From the NCBI GenBank assembly GCA_030390025.1, contig CM059437.1, forward strand, positions 83,762,001-83,826,000: DNA of 64,000 nucleotides. Direction: 5' to 3'. The position numbers and the translations under genes were made by a program. Position 1 is the first letter of the stretch, and the number at the start of each line of letters is the position of its first letter. Origin of the DNA: Squalus acanthias. Taxonomy: Eukaryota. Shown one piece after another: positions 39,441 to 53,358 of this stretch. The notes under the pieces are model-generated. The model made no database searches. It had not been told where the DNA came from and saw only the letters and a program-made list of their open reading frames with translations.

Positions 39441-41098
39441 TTTGCAACCATCTTCAACCAGAAGTACCGAGTGGATGATCCATATCGGCCTCCTCCTGTG
39501 GACCCAGCATCGCAGAAGCCAGTCTTCAGCCAATTCGATTCACTCCACATGATATCAAGAAACGGCTGAGCGCACTAGATACAGCAAAGGCTATCGTGCT
39601 GAAGACTTGTGCTCCAGAACTAATCGCGCCTCTGGCCAAGGTGTCCCAGTACAGCTACAACAATGGCATCTGTCCGACAATGTGGAAACTGCCCAGGTAT
39701 GTCCTGTCCACAAAAGGCAGGTCAAATCCAATCCGGTGATTTACTGCCCCATCAGTCCACTCTCAATCATCAGCAAAGTGATGGAAGGTGTCGTCGATAG
39801 TGCTATCAAGGGGCACTTACTCACCAATAACATGCTCACTGATGTTCAGTTTGGGTTCCGCCAGGACCATTCGGCTGCAGACCTCATTACAGCCTTGGTC
39901 CAAACATGGACAAAAGAGCTGAATTCCAGAGGTGAGGTGAGAGTGATTGCCCTCGACATCATTTTGACACAGTGTGACATCAAGGAGCCCTAGTAAAATT
40001 GAAGTCAATGGGAATCAGGGGGAAAACTCTCCACTGGCTGGGTCATACCTAGCACAAAGGAAGATGGTTGTGGTTATTGGAGGTCAATCATCACAGCCCC
40101 CAGACATCGCTGCAGGAGTTCCTCAGCGCAGTGTCCTAAGCCCAACCATTTTCAGCTGCTTCATCAATGACCTTCCCTCCATCATAAGGTCAGAACTGGG
40201 GATGTTCGCTGGTGATTGCACAGTGTTCAGTTTCATTCGCAACTCCTTAGATAGTGAAGCAGTCCATACCCGCATGCAGCAAGACCTGGACGACATTCAG
40301 GCTTGGGCTGATAAGTGGCAAGTAACATTCGTGCCACACAAGTGCCAGGCAATGACTATCTCCAAAAAGCGAGGGTCTAACCACCGCCCCTTGACATTCA
40401 ACGGCATTACCATCACCGTATCCCCCATCATCAACATCCTGGGGGTCACCATTGGCTAGAAACTTAACTGGTCCAGCCACATAAATACAGTGGCCACAAG
40501 AGCAGGTCAGAGGCTGGGTATTCTGCGGAGAGTGTCTAACCTCCTGACTCCCCAAAGCCTTTCCACCATCTATAAAGGCACAAGTCGGGAGTGTGATGGA
40601 ATACTCTCCACTTGCCTGGATGAGTGCAGCTCCAACAACACTCAAGAAGCGCAACACCAAAGCAGCCCACTTGATTGGCACCCCATCCACCACCCAACAT
40701 TCACTCCCTCCACCACCGGCGTACCATGGCTGCAGTGTGTACCATCTACAAGATGCACTGCAGCAACTCGCCAAGGCTTCTTCGACAGCACCTCCCAAAC
40801 CTGCGACCTCTACCACCTAGAAGGACAAGGGCAGCAGGTGCATGGGAACACCATCACCTGCAAGTTCCCCTCCAAGTTACACAACATTCTGACTTGGAAA
40901 TATATCGCCGATCCTTCATCGTCGCTGGGTCAAAATCCTGGAACTCCCTCCCTAACAGCACTGTGGGATACCTTCACCACACAGACTGCAGCGGTTCAAG
41001 AAGGCGGCTCACCACCACCTTCTCAAGGGCAATTAGGGATGGGCAATAAATGCTGGCACTGCCAATGACGCCCACATCCCAGGAACAAATAAAAAAAA
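39441..41098 (+). mobile_element. Decayed non-LTR retrotransposon (CR1/L2 group) RT region and 3' tail
   Basis: ORFs show YCPISPLSIISKVME, QFGFRQDHS, GVPQRSVLSPTIFSCFINDL and FAGDCT; tail GGGCAATTAGGGATGGGCAATAAATGC...A-rich end. Confidence 0.88.
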
Positions 41099-41530
41099 CG
41101 TGTAATGGCATCAGATGATGGAAATTACATGCTAATTGCTGTAAAAGAGATAAAAATCAAGGCACAGAGCTAATCATTAACAGCAGTTGAAAATAGCTCG
41201 GAAGATAGATAACAACTGAGAAAATCATTCAACCTATCTTAGCTCATCCATTTAGAAAGAGTCTATAGTCCCAAAACACAGCAGCCAACTATTTCTTACA
41301 TTATTTTCGGAATTTCTGCCTCTGCACCTGGAAGTATATTCCATTAAGGTGATTCTGCACCAAAATTAATACAGTTTCCTCAGACAATACTGCAATGAGA
41401 TGTTGTTCCTTGCATTTTGAGTCTTAGCATAAAAGACCCACCATAAGATTTTCGGCATCTTGCTTTCACAAATACTATACATTAAACACAGCAAAAACAT
41501 CATTTAAAGAGTTCTTGGTGAGTGTCCTAC

Positions 41531-41695
41531 CTTCCACCTTCCTTTTCTAGCTTCTCAATCAATGCCTTCCGTGCCTGTGTTCCTGAAGTGCGTGGCAGCG
41601 TTTGTGACCTCATCACCTCTTTCCGCTTCTCAGCCTGTTTCCTCTCAAGTGCGGACACACTGCTAGACCGTGCATCATCTTCTCTGTCAAAAATA
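41531..41695 (-). CDS. SMTN: Smoothelin exon (S)IFDREDDARSSSVSALERKQAEKRKEVMRSQTLPRTSGTQARKALIEKLEKEGG
   Basis: CTTCTCCAG acceptor, GTAGGA donor, 165 nt, phase 2-2; matches smoothelin SIFDRED...QARKAMIEKLEKEG. Confidence 0.95.
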
Positions 41696-42110
41696 CTGGA
41701 GAAGCAAACCATAAAATGATAGAATTCCCAAATGCAGATGGTTCAGCAAGTTAGCCCGGCGAGTAGCTGAGCAATATAGACCATGAAATTCCTTGGTTTG
41801 GTCCCTAGTTTGATTTAAGATGATCTTGGCCAGATTGGTTACAATTGGTCTCAGTGCCCCTGGGCTAGAGAGAGGAAAACTGGCCAGGTTCCTGTACCTG
41901 CTCACTATTCAGGAACTCCTGCTGGAACTACTTGTGTGTGAATGCTAGGCAGATAGCATCTGCCAGTGCCATGCTGGAACTGGTTGCCAGGAGAAGCACA
42001 TAGCTTGCCCTGTGGCAACTCACAGGCACAACCTTGACCCTTTCCTTCACAGACCAACAGGTCTCAATTTATTTACTGTTACGCTCTGAAGATAAAAAGT
42101 CACTTCTCAC

Positions 42111-42180
42111 CTGCCAACTTTTTTGGATGAAGTGCTGCTGGAACTAAAGGAGGACTTGGTCTGGACAACAGTTGTTCCAC
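42111..42180 (-). CDS. SMTN: Smoothelin exon (G)GTTVVQTKSSFSSSSTSSKKVG(S)
   Basis: TAGCAG acceptor, GTGAGA donor, 70 nt, phase 1-2; matches QTKTFSSSSSSKKMGS. Confidence 0.92.
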
Positions 42181-43722
42181 CTGCTAAGAGAGAAACAATT
42201 AAAAAGATGTCAAATTTTGTCTGAGAACACTCCTGTGAAACACCTGAGGACGTTTTTGCTAAGTTATAAGGCGCTATATAAATGCAATTTGTTGTTGTCT
42301 CAGTCAGGAAATGAAATTTGAAACCTCTTATCAGCACTGAAACCTTAACATGATTCTTAGGCTTTTTCTCCTATGGCTCTGTAACCAGTTGCTACAAGGT
42401 ACATGACAGCACTCTGGGGTGGCCTGGTCTGACATTTTCCTCTGTTTTCCAGCTCCCTGGCAATCTGGATGAAATATGGAACTTGCGGTGTAGAAAAATC
42501 ACAATACCAATGCTTCTAATTAAGCAATGCAAAATTAAAACTTCATCATTCACATGTTTTAACTTCAAGGGAACAGACTGTACATTCTGTCCTGTGTAAC
42601 AAGATAGTGAGAGCACTGCCCCTAAAATTGAACAAGCTGTACTGCTGGACCTGAATCCAACTATAGGCATCTCGGGGTCTTGAGCGGTGAGGTGGGGTCT
42701 CTTTCCAAATTAGTTTGCATCTATAAGTCATGTTTTCCAAATTAATGCCCACATCAGCTCATGGCTTCACATGAATTCCAATTCGTTCATATGCCAGTCT
42801 GACCTGGCAGTGGACTCAAGACCAATCCCTTGTTCCAGACATCTCTGCATCACTGACCACATGTAACTGATTCCATCTGCTGTCTGATATTTTCAATGCT
42901 GCATGTTAGGAAAAAACGGAGACGCTTCTCACTAAGAGCACACAGTATAATCAGGGCTGTTGCGTTGAATCCACCCATTTAATTTTGAAATATTGAATCA
43001 GAATAAGCCATTGGATCTCTGTTCAAGCATGGTATTGCTTGCACTGAATCATACCAGTATTTATTCTGGATGCTACAAAAGTCTGAAATCATTGCTACTG
43101 ATTACTGCTCTATTCTTTTCAACCCAGTCTTGAATCACTGAAGAAATGAAATAACGGAAAGGTCGACTAACAGAAGCAAGGTTCATGGATTCCCCTTTTA
43201 TTTCATTCCCACTTCTCTTTCTTTCTCGTGTTGCTGACTTATTTGGGATACGTTTCCATATGTGTCCCCTGACTTTCAGCTCTCTGCCCAAGCGACTAAA
43301 CTTGACAGGTCAGCCTAGCCAGTAAGTACAGTGAGTGTTGCCAGACTATTCATTTGTGGAGTGCATCATAACCAAGCCTGATCATGTCCTCACCTGACAT
43401 TCACACGCACACTTTTTAAGCAGGGGTCACTGAACTGCATTCAGGGTCAGTAACTTTGGCTATTTTTCCCCTCCCAACCAAGGGCTCTGTGGTCAACTGT
43501 AGCATTCCAGCAGCTGCCTTTGCTAAAAGTGAAGATCAAACCTGGGATCTTCCTGGTTTGTGCAACTGAATTCCGCATTAGGCAGTGCACTTACCAACTG
43601 AGATGTTGGGAGAGCTTTGTTCCTTTTGCATACCATGTCCTATCCCAAGACACTGCTATTTTAGATGTAGCAGAGTTGAACATAGTTCAAGAGTTCATAT
43701 TAGTCCGACTTATTCTGCTTAC

Positions 43723-43785
43723 CATCAGTTTTCTTTACAATGCTGGACTCCACAGTGGTAGTTCGTAAAGTTCTGTTGCCACCGT
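43723..43785 (-). CDS. SMTN: Smoothelin exon (D)GGNRTLRTTTVESSIVKKTD
   Basis: CTTTCAG acceptor, GTAAGC donor, 63 nt, phase 1-1; matches RTTTVESS. Confidence 0.92.
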
Positions 43786-43849
43786 CTGAAAGACCAGAAT
43801 AATTTTCAGTAATTCTGGATATTACAAGGGAATTAGTATTGACCCAACG

Positions 43850-44820
43850 CCACCATAGCTGAGCATAGATTTTTTAAATTGAGAAACGTAGATGAAGGGC
43901 TCTAGTCCATAGTGCATCAAGCTTGGAAAAGAGGAAGAGAGAAGACCAAGTAATTCAAGAAGAGGTGATGAGGTGACACCAAGTTCCAGTTTTAAAAGCT
44001 TGTAGCTTATAAGAGAAACGGAAGACTGAGCAAGGAAAATCGTTCCATAGTTTTGAGATATTGAGAAAGAATGAATTAGACGAGATGGATAGGTGAGTCT
44101 TGATTCCAACATAGTGAAGAAATAGGAAGAAGTAGTGGTTGGAATTTCTTTTGTCATCATAACCACAAGGTAGGTTCAGAGGAAGGTCTTTCAGCCGATT
44201 GGATTTTCTCCTTCTTTCCATTACAGCCCCTAGCTGTTTCTTAAATGAGTCCCGTGATCTCAACTAGTCTTTCTGGCAAATCACTCCAGCTGTGAATCAC
44301 CTTCTGTGCAAACTAAATTTGCGCTTCACACTCTGAACCGTGTCCTCTCGTTCTGGTCTATCTGATAATATTTTTCAGGTTTACTTTCTCTATCTCATTA
44401 AGAATCTTATCTACCTCTACATTCCCTTCTAAAATGTTTCTTTTCAAGGGTCTAGAGCCCTTGCTGCCTCGTAACTAATCCCTCGGACAGCATTATTCTC
44501 CTGTACACCGCTTTTATGTCCCCTTACGTTCCAAGGACCAGAACTGTACATGGTACTCCAGGTGTAGACTGACCAGGGCACTGTAGAGCTTCAACCTGAC
44601 TTCTGGGCTTTCAACTTAACTAATTTCACATTATAACGCAGCATTCTACTGGTTTTGTTTATTTCTCTCCCCTCAATGGGTCAAGTAACGCCCCTAGGTC
44701 TCTTTCAATATATCCCTTGGTAAGTTCTATCTCACCCACAAAGTACACATTTATGCTATTATTAAAATATATGTAACATGCATTTGTCTGCATTGAGCTT
44801 CAGTTTCAAACCTGCTCAAG
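43850..44820 (-). mobile_element. Two abutting decayed LINE fragments
   Basis: Minus ORF pieces HSFSISQNYGTIFL and ISKLWNDFPCSVF, then antisense CR1-like GGACCAGAACTGTACATGGTACTCCAGG. Confidence 0.5.
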
Positions 44821-45261
44821 CTCTCAGTGTAACACCTGGCTGCCTCCTAGCCTAGTGTTAAATGCAAATTACCCCAGAAAAGTGAGGAAACAGCAAAACT
44901 ACAACCAACTTCCAACTGACTCCAAACAGACCATCCTAAACTACGACCAGTACAAGGCCACCTGTGGTTTTTGGATTGGGCTCAGAAGATGCACTGGAAG
45001 ACCCAAGAAACTTCTGAAGGTCCAGTTATCCTTAATATGAAGGATATCCACACATACACTAGCTAGTAGAATCCTGTGTTCGTCAGTATATAAACTGCAC
45101 CTTCAGTTTGCAGGTCACAAAAACAAAACGTGAACATGTGACCTATAAGAGTTTAAGGTACTTTGCAATCTACAAGGCAAGCCCCTTTCTAATACTGATG
45201 AGTGCAGTGTAGAATTTCTCAGTCTAGTTGATTGTTTTGTGCACAGCAAGAACATAGGAAT

Positions 45262-45610
45262 GCATAGTGTCACTGTCGGAGGTGCCGTCTTTCGGATGAG
45301 ACGTTAAACCGAGGCCCCGTCTGCTCTCAGGTGGACGTAAAAGATCCCATGGCACTATTTCGAAGAAGAGTAGGGGAGTTATCCCCAGTGTCCTGGCCAA
45401 TATTTCTCCCTCAACCAACATAATAAAAACAGATTATCTGGTCATTTTCACATTGCTGTTTGTGGGAGCTTGCTGTGGGCAAATTGGCTGCCACGTTTCC
45501 CACATTACAACAGTGACTCCACTTCAAAAGTACTTCATTGGCTGTAAAGTGCTTTGAGATGTCCGGTGGTCGTGAAAGGCACTATATAAATGCAAGTCTT
45601 TCTTTCTTTA
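45262..45610 (+). mobile_element. 5'-truncated DeuSINE, with a second tail fragment at 45793-45935
   Basis: Near-identical to the reverse complement of 1232-1560. Confidence 0.85.
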
Positions 45611-46511
45611 TAGGACTGGAAGAGACTATTGTGATCCACCTAGTCAGTCCCAAAGTTCAAAAAAATACCATACACTACTGGGGCTCTAATATACCTCGAT
45701 CACTTTCTCTGCCAAATACCTATCTTGTTTCCTCTTGAATTTGCCAATATTGTCCACCTTAAATGCCTCTCTGGGCAGTCTCTTCCATAGCTTGGAGCTT
45801 GCTGTGTGCAAATTGGCTGCCGTGTTTCCTACATTACAACAGTGACTACACTTCAAAAGTACTTCATTGGCTGCAAAGCCATTTGGGACATCCTGAGGTC
45901 ATGAAAGGCGCTATATAAATACAAGTCTTCTTTCTTTTATATATTCACAACCCTCCGTGTAAATTAGTTAAATCTAAACGTTTTGCTTTCTTTCGCTTAA
46001 GGTTCTACACATACCCACTTTTTGCAGAGTTTGTGGACACATATCAAAAATATGAATTCATTTTATCAATACTCCTTCAATCTTAGATATCTCAATGAGA
46101 TCTTCCCTGAGCCTTCTTTTCTCCAGCATAAACATTCCTACTTTCCAGAAATTCTCCTCCTGGATGAGGTATCTAACCCAAGTGTCAATTTAGTTGCCCT
46201 TTACTGTACCCTCTGGACAACATCGTATTGTAGAATTCTTCTCAACTTTTTGACTCCAAAGTCTTTAGCTGAATTAAGAAGAATCTGTTGGTGATTTGGT
46301 TAACCTTGCTTATGCATGACTGCCAATTTAGGGACTGCAACTTTACACCTACTATAAAAAAGCATTACCATGGACTGCAATTGCAGTAGCTTTCGGTCAA
46401 ATATCACCTGTGGCCCAAAGCCAACTGTTCCAAGATACCCATGTGTTCTTCAGTGAACCAGTGATCACTGTTGCCCTCCGTATCCTCACTATGCAGTATT
46501 TATCCCATTAC

Positions 46512-46685
46512 CTGACTGGGTGATTCGCTCAGTCTTTGACATGGAGGTGACAGTCTTCCCATCTGCAGATTTTTCTGTTTTGGATATAGCCATTCCAGCA
46601 GCATTTAAAGACTTTGCTTTCTTCTCCTCTTCTGTTTTCTGTTTCAGTTCCTGTAGTCTCATTTCATGCTCTCTCTCTCTCTCAT
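46512..46685 (-). CDS. SMTN: Smoothelin exon (D)EREREHEMRLQELKQKTEEEKKAKSLNAAGMAISKTEKSADGKTVTSMSKTERITQS
   Basis: CTCTTCAG acceptor, GTAATG donor, 174 nt, phase 1-1. Confidence 0.93.
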
Positions 46686-48119
46686 CTGAAGAGAGGCAAA
46701 AACAAAAACACAACTGTAAGAAGTCACAACACCAGAGCCCCTCCAGCTTACATAAACAATGCCCAATAGCTAATGAGAAGTTGTACATTTAGGCAGAACT
46801 CTAAAGATTAGTTCATGGGCGCTTCTGTCCCACACATCTACTGCTGACATACTGCACTAATCTTTGGTGGCAATACGGAACAAAATTAAGCTGAACCTTT
46901 TACTTCTGTTCCCCAATAATATTCTACTTTGCTGTGTAAACCTGGAAAAACAGATAATGAAGATCGCCAATAAAAGATGAACAACATATTTTTCTTTTTG
47001 CTATTAGGAAGCATCATCTTTTTCCACTAGGAAGCATCAAGTCTTACTTTCCTCAAAAATAAACACTTCAAAACCTTTGAAAAGAGAATATATTAACATG
47101 TGTTTGGAGTATTAACCCATATTCCCCCTCCCAGGGTAATCCTTCTACTCTTAATGATTATGAAGGTGACCCTTACCAATTAACTGAGTGAGGGTTTTTT
47201 ACTATTCCACCTCAGAGAAAATGAGACCATCCACCTAAATTATAACATTTTACTCAAATCTGCCACATGGCTGATAAAAATTTCTTTTTTTGTATTTTGT
47301 GAATATACAATAGTTTTTACTTTCAGAATGTGCAACATAGTGACATGAACAGGGTTTACAGCCCCTATCTGAATAGACAGATAATGTGAATATTGTATAG
47401 TATGGTTATCTAGTTTAGTGGATAAATGAAAGTTATCAGACCCCTGACACCTATAGCCATACCTTCTTTGTCACTTGTAAGCTCCCCATCCACAAGAGAG
47501 TCTATGACGCATGATATCAAGAAACAAGAAAACCATACATAAAAAAGGAGGTTCCCAAGATTATTCTGCTTGCTAGTTCCATACCATTTCTAATCCAGTG
47601 AGACCATTTGCACTGGTTCTCTTATCTGGATAGTGTGTTGTCAAATGATACACCGATAGACATGACGTGCTCTCACATAGCAAAAAAAGCCAGTTCTGTG
47701 ATCAGGACACTTAAAACAAAATGACTTTTGTACAGCAAGGGATTGAACTCACAACAAAGATAAAAGTATACATAACTGTTGTAATCATCACCCTTCTAAA
47801 TGGATGAGAGTCCTGAACATGTTACCACATGAGCACGTAATCAGTACATAGAATAATACAACACAGAAGGCGGCCATTCGGCCCATTGTGCCTGTGCCAG
47901 AGTACTGAAGGAGTGCAGCATTGTCAGAGGAGCCGTCTTTCAGACAAGACACTGAATAGAGGCCCCTTCTGCCCGTCCAGGAGGGCATAAACAATCTTGT
48001 GGCACTTTTAAGAGCAGCAATAAAGTAATTAATTGACAGTGAAGTGCATTGGGGACATCCTGTTGCATGAAAGGCACTATATTATTGAAAGTTCTTTCTT
48101 ATATTCAGTAGCTTGACAA

Positions 48120-48620
48120 GATCCACCACAACACCCGAGGTCCACCATACACATCATGTGGCAAGACAAAATTACTAACAGCAAGATCCTTGACCACACC
48201 AAGACCATCAGTATTGAGGCCATTTTGATAAGACCACAGTTATGTTGGTCAGAATATGTCAGCTATATGGAAGATTCCAGAATGCCAAAAAGGTCCTGTA
48301 CAGCAAGCTGGAACAAGGCAAGCAGATGCAGGATGGGCAGCGAAAGCGGTACAAGGCCCTCAAGCTATGCAATATCAATGCTGATAGCTGGGGAAACCTT
48401 ACAGCTGACTAAGCAAACTGATGAGCAGTAATACAGGGTGGTGTCAGCTAGTAGGAGCACCAGAATGTAGATCTGCTGAAAGAGAAACAGTAAAAATGTA
48501 AACATGAACAGCAGCAGCCTGTTGAACCCAGACAATCTGTTTAGGTCAACAAAACATGCAGGAGATTGTGCCTCTCTCATATTGGCCTTAATAGTCAAAA
48601 GCACACTTACGACTGATTCT
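48120..48620 (+). mobile_element. Decayed RTE-clade LINE 3' fragment
   Basis: WQDKITNSKIL...SIEAILIRPQLCWSEYVSYMEDSRMPKR resembles the RTE/BovB ORF C-terminus. Confidence 0.65.
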
Positions 48621-48985
48621 CTTTAAAACAGGATTACAATCTTTGAGTATGAAGGAATGGAGCCATCACCCACTGCATTATCGATTGTTAAAATAAGTGT
48701 GCTGTGGACTGATGTCCATTGAGAAATTAATTCAGACTACTCAGGCACATTCCAGTAAGGACTCTACTTAATTACAAATGATACCTTCACCCTGTCCATC
48801 AGAGACGAGTAGAAACCCAGATCTCAATAGAGTCTTACACCATCCTTCAATGTGCAGTTGCCTGGCTTCCATTCGGGATCTTCCCGTGACATGTCCAAGA
48901 CCGGTGACTCCCCATTTGCAGGATCACAGGAATAATCCCACATTAGTGGTGCTGTGCTATCTTGCCTTTCGTTTAAGCCACCTAC

Positions 48986-49061
48986 CTCTTTTCTTTTTCC
49001 GGAGCTCCCTCATTGCAGTTCGAATCATCTTCCTTTCTTCAAAATCTGTTGTTGTATCAAG
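48986..49061 (-). CDS. SMTN: Smoothelin exon LDTTTDFEERKMIRTAMRELRKKKR
   Basis: AAG acceptor, GTAGGT donor, 76 nt, phase 0-1; smoothelin-domain motif TDFEERK.IR.A.RELR. Confidence 0.94.
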
Positions 49062-49169
49062 CTTCAGAATATAGGTGGAGAAAACAAGTGTTATAAAGTA
49101 GTAATATTTCATTAAAAACAGATCTTTTTTTGTTCCTCTGTCCTGCTAAAACTACAAATCTTAGTCTCT

Positions 49170-49580
49170 CAAAATACTGGTTAAGGCAGTGAGTAGATGT
49201 GCCATACCGACCAGGAAAGTCCCAGGTTTGATTCTCAACCTGTGCTGAGTTAATTGATTTCAACCAGGGAGGCAGTAAGGATGCTACAATTGGCTTTGGT
49301 GATACTGGGCTAGGGATAATTGGTCAAGGTTACCACTTTTGATCACTGTCCAGCAACCCCTTCTGGAAATCCATCCATGTGGACACAGGGCAAGGACAAA
49401 ATATGACTTGGCTGTGATGCTCATCACAGTCAAAATATTTGCTGGTGCTCACTAAATAAGCTTACACGTGAAGATTGGACACGTGGGTGAGGTACTGGAG
49501 GTTGATCAGCACCCATGGAACCATTTCCTAGCAAGGAGTCAACACCTTCAGGAGCGGAAAAGGGGATAAAATTAGCAGGA
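49170..49580 (+). mobile_element. Old tRNA-headed SINE-like repeat, representative near-complete copy
   Basis: GACCAGGAAAGTCCCAGGTTTGATTC...TGTGCTGAGTTAATTGAT...CCATGGAACC, shared with many copies in the window. Confidence 0.6.
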
Positions 49581-50452
49581 ATAAAAGATCGGAAAAAAAA
49601 GCTAGGACTGGAATTAATGCTTCCTGGGTTAATGGAAACTCAGATGTATATAGAAACTTTAGTTAGAGTTTCCCCTCATTCATGATATATTTCCGCATCA
49701 GTTTTTTCACAGCCTGTTGCAGTCCAATTTGGTTACTAAGTCAATAAAACCCCACTAGATTAGAATTTTGTTTTTCTCCCAATCTTACTGTAAGTGGCAC
49801 ACGTCCAGTGCGTCCATAGTTCTAAATGCCTTCTATGATGTGGGGCACAACTATATTTTTAGGACCGAACAGGTTCAAGTATATTCAGGATGATGTAGCT
49901 GAATGCAAACAGTTTTTTGAACACTTTAATGAAAAAAAACTCATTTAAGTAATCAGTAGGTCAAACAAATGTCATTAATTTCATGATAGAGTGTAACAAC
50001 CTAATACAAAAAAAACTCGAATTATACTGCACAGGGAAAAATCCTATAAGTACAAGTTATGTAGTCATAAAATCACAAAGTAATTCATTTTCTCCTAAAA
50101 TTAACACAAGTTTTTAAATGTATGACAACTTTTCAATAGGGTAGAGATTGACATCATATTTGAATACTTTGGGTTGTCAGTCATTTGAAAGCTCTATTTT
50201 CACAATGGCTCGACTCTAAAGCCAAAGTTTAGATTTGTATTTTGCTTTGGACGACAGAGATGGATTTTCGGCTGTTTGCTCCTACTGAGTGTACTTGAGG
50301 AACTGATCCACTGGTGGCTCATATGAGCAAATCACTGACAGTAAACGGTCAATGAACTACCCCACCAGTGGTCAAAATACAATTAACCAATAAAATCAAT
50401 TATTATTAACTATTTTGTGCTACCCATTATGGTTTCTACAATGAACACATAC

Positions 50453-50623
50453 CATTTTGTCCAGGACCTCCTCGTCTTCAATAGCACTCAGATCTTCCAA
50501 ACTGGGCTTGGTTTTTTTCTCTTTTGCATTCTCCTTTGCCTTCTCCTCTACACCATTGGGTAAAATAGCCTCAAACTGTTGTAGTGAATGAGCTGCTTCA
50601 GCCATCACAGGTTCAGTGTCCAT
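50453..50623 (-). CDS. SMTN: Smoothelin exon MDTEPVMAEAAHSLQQFEAILPNGVEEKAKENAKEKKTKPSLEDLSAIEDEEVLDKM
   Basis: TCTTTGCAG acceptor, GTATGT donor, 171 nt, phase 0-0; matches IEDE.VLDKM. Confidence 0.94.
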
Positions 50624-53337
50624 CTGCAAAGACAAACAGGTTCTATTTGCTCGAGTTGTCTGGTCTAAATGTTGGTGCATTTCAAATTCAAGAGCCTGGA
50701 TACAAAATGCTCTTCAGCAGGGAGCTCCATCATCAGAACTCCCTTGGAAAGCCAAGTTGTGACAAAGAATTGTAATGATCGTTAACATCCATTGTTACTT
50801 TCCTTTTTGTCATTTATTTCTGTTGTTGTCTTTTAATGTAGAGTAAAATGTCAACCTATTCCCCCAGCACATTGCAACTCTCAAACTATTCAGTATTTGC
50901 ACATCAAATAAAATATTATAAAATTAAACAGAACTAAGAGGATAAGCATGTTCAGTTAATCATAATTCTATGCAACTCGGGCTCAGCTAGTCGCAAACTC
51001 TGATGGGGTCAGTTGGTGGGATGAATGAGAAACAAATTAAAAGATTTCTCTTCCAATCACAGCGATAATCATGAGAAGGTTAATAAATGAAACCCTAAAG
51101 CCTGGAAATTACTATATGAGTGATGTTATAGTAATGCTTAATGTATTTGCATCAAATTCCCCTCACTGCTATTTTAACAAAGGCTTTAACCCTTTTATTT
51201 TAAGTGGGTTAACACCTCAGTTAAAACAGCAGACAGAGGAATTAGATATGAACTGGTTTGTATATCATTGCTCACAGAAATTTCTGGGCTTAAATCTGAT
51301 CACATTGACCAAAGCCAGCTATACTAGTTTAATGAAGGTGGATAAGACTACCTGGACAAGTTAGATTCAAGTCAAAAATAAGAGCTGTGTGAAACCACCA
51401 CGGATTCTGAAAACTTCAGGATCAATTTAAAACTTGTATGTTCTCTCCATTCCCATAATTACTCCAATGCAAAACACCATTTCCAATAGCCTAGTAATCA
51501 GAGCCCTTACTCTGCACAAAGATATAGCAGCAATGCTCAGCCAAAATGACTGGGAACTTCTATTTATTGATCTCAACAAACGCAAAATATTTTTTTTTTA
51601 AGTTAATGTCAAGTGTGCCCAATGATTACAGAATCAGAAATAGTACATTTGAAGTATATTCAAGTGGACATATGCAATGGTTATAGAACACTTGATTTTT
51701 ATTTTTTTTATCCTGTCACTGATACTGCATTGAACAAACTATAATTCTTTATCTATATATTAGAGAACGCTTCTTTTAAGAGTTAAATATTTAATATAAG
51801 CAGTACTGCAAAAAGCACACTGCCTTACTTTTGAGTCTGTGCCCATCCACGCACTTAAATATCAGCATGACCCTTCAGCAATGCTCGTCGGCCTTGCTGC
51901 CAGTATTAAAATAGACAACAAAAACAAGGAGCACTTATTTAGTAAATTGGAACATTTTCTTGGCTTAAGTTCACTGTAGCAATGCAGGCAGCTGCTCTGC
52001 CCTACATCACACCTGTGTCAACACTGGCAACATTAGCACCAAAAATATCCCTTTAATTCATACCAACAGCGTTATTGCTCAGTAATTACACCTGACAAAC
52101 TTGTAGCAGTTTCATCACAATTACCCATCCTTCAGTGAAAGTGTTGTCACACAGCAACCTCAAGGAGTACACTGGCACCAACTTCTACCAGGACTGTTCC
52201 TTGATGAGCCTCACATGATAACAATTATTGTATAATAACCCACTCTGATTTTGAAACTGTAATGTCATCATAGGGTTCAAAGTTATAAAACACTATTGCA
52301 GTTTATAATAAAATTTGAAACTGTCAATTAGATACTTGATTAGAAAGCAGTATTCCGTTACTCTCTTTACATACAAGTCTCTTTATCCCGCCTCCATTTT
52401 CTGATATAAACCGTGCGCTACATATAACAGAATGTGCAGATGCGTATGTGCTGAGTTAGCTGATCTCAGCACAAGCTTTGGTAGGGACAACACATTTGGT
52501 CTTAGTATCCCTAGGTTAGGAAAGGCAAGATAGCTAGGCTCCCCACTCCAGATTGCTATGCGACAACCTCTGCTGGATTGGATGTGTGGGGACCTCAGGC
52601 GAGAACAGGATTAAGTTCAACGATGAAGCCCTGTGGTAAAATAGTCTGCTAGCATTCACTGTCTAAGCTCACACATGAAGAAAACCATTTGCAGAACATA
52701 CACCTGTGGAACTTTACTACAGGAAAGAGTTACCACCTCCAGAACAGGCAGCAGGTAGAAGAAAACTCATGAGAAAAAGAGCAGAAAAAAACTCCACACC
52801 ATTCCTTAAATGCATTTGATTTTAGAAGAAAAATCAATTGTTATGCTTCCAATATCACACCGCCTTTGCTCCTCATATACTTATTGTTCATTACGGACAC
52901 TGTCCTTACCTGGTCATAACATACCTGACATACTTCACAAGTGGATTACACACAATTAGCAACCAGGAGACAACAACAGATACATATGAGTTCCCTAGCT
53001 GGTTTTGGACATATATCGGAACTCCATAAACGCTGGTAATTCACACCAACTATCCATTATTCAATATGTAGTTTGTTCTCCCAGTTTGGATTGTGGGGGA
53101 CTCTACTTGTATACTGAAATAATAACCCAGTATCCAAATTTAATTACCAAACAGAATTGAATGACGCTCGTTAAAATAAAATTACTACCCATTTACAGTG
53201 AAAATCTAAGGACTAATCTCTCATTATTGTACCCATAAGGAGCAATAGAATGTACCTTAATCATCCATGGAAACTGGTACCTCCAGTAAATGTGCCTAAT
53301 CTTCATCTGCTTGTTTTCCCCAGATTCTCGCAATTAC

Positions 53338-53358
53338 CTTTTTATCAAACGCGTTCAT
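53338..53358 (-). CDS. Candidate alternative first coding exon (MNAFDKK) of a short SMTN isoform
   Basis: ATG...AAG|GTAATT donor is in phase 0 with the exon at 50623; a 200-nt ATG-free leader lies upstream (53559-53359). Confidence 0.4.

Noticed and set aside
52900-53030. Two strong donor-like sites (CAG|GTAAGG, CAG|GTATGT)
   Set aside because: No convincing acceptor or smoothelin-like frame; cannot be supported as an exon.
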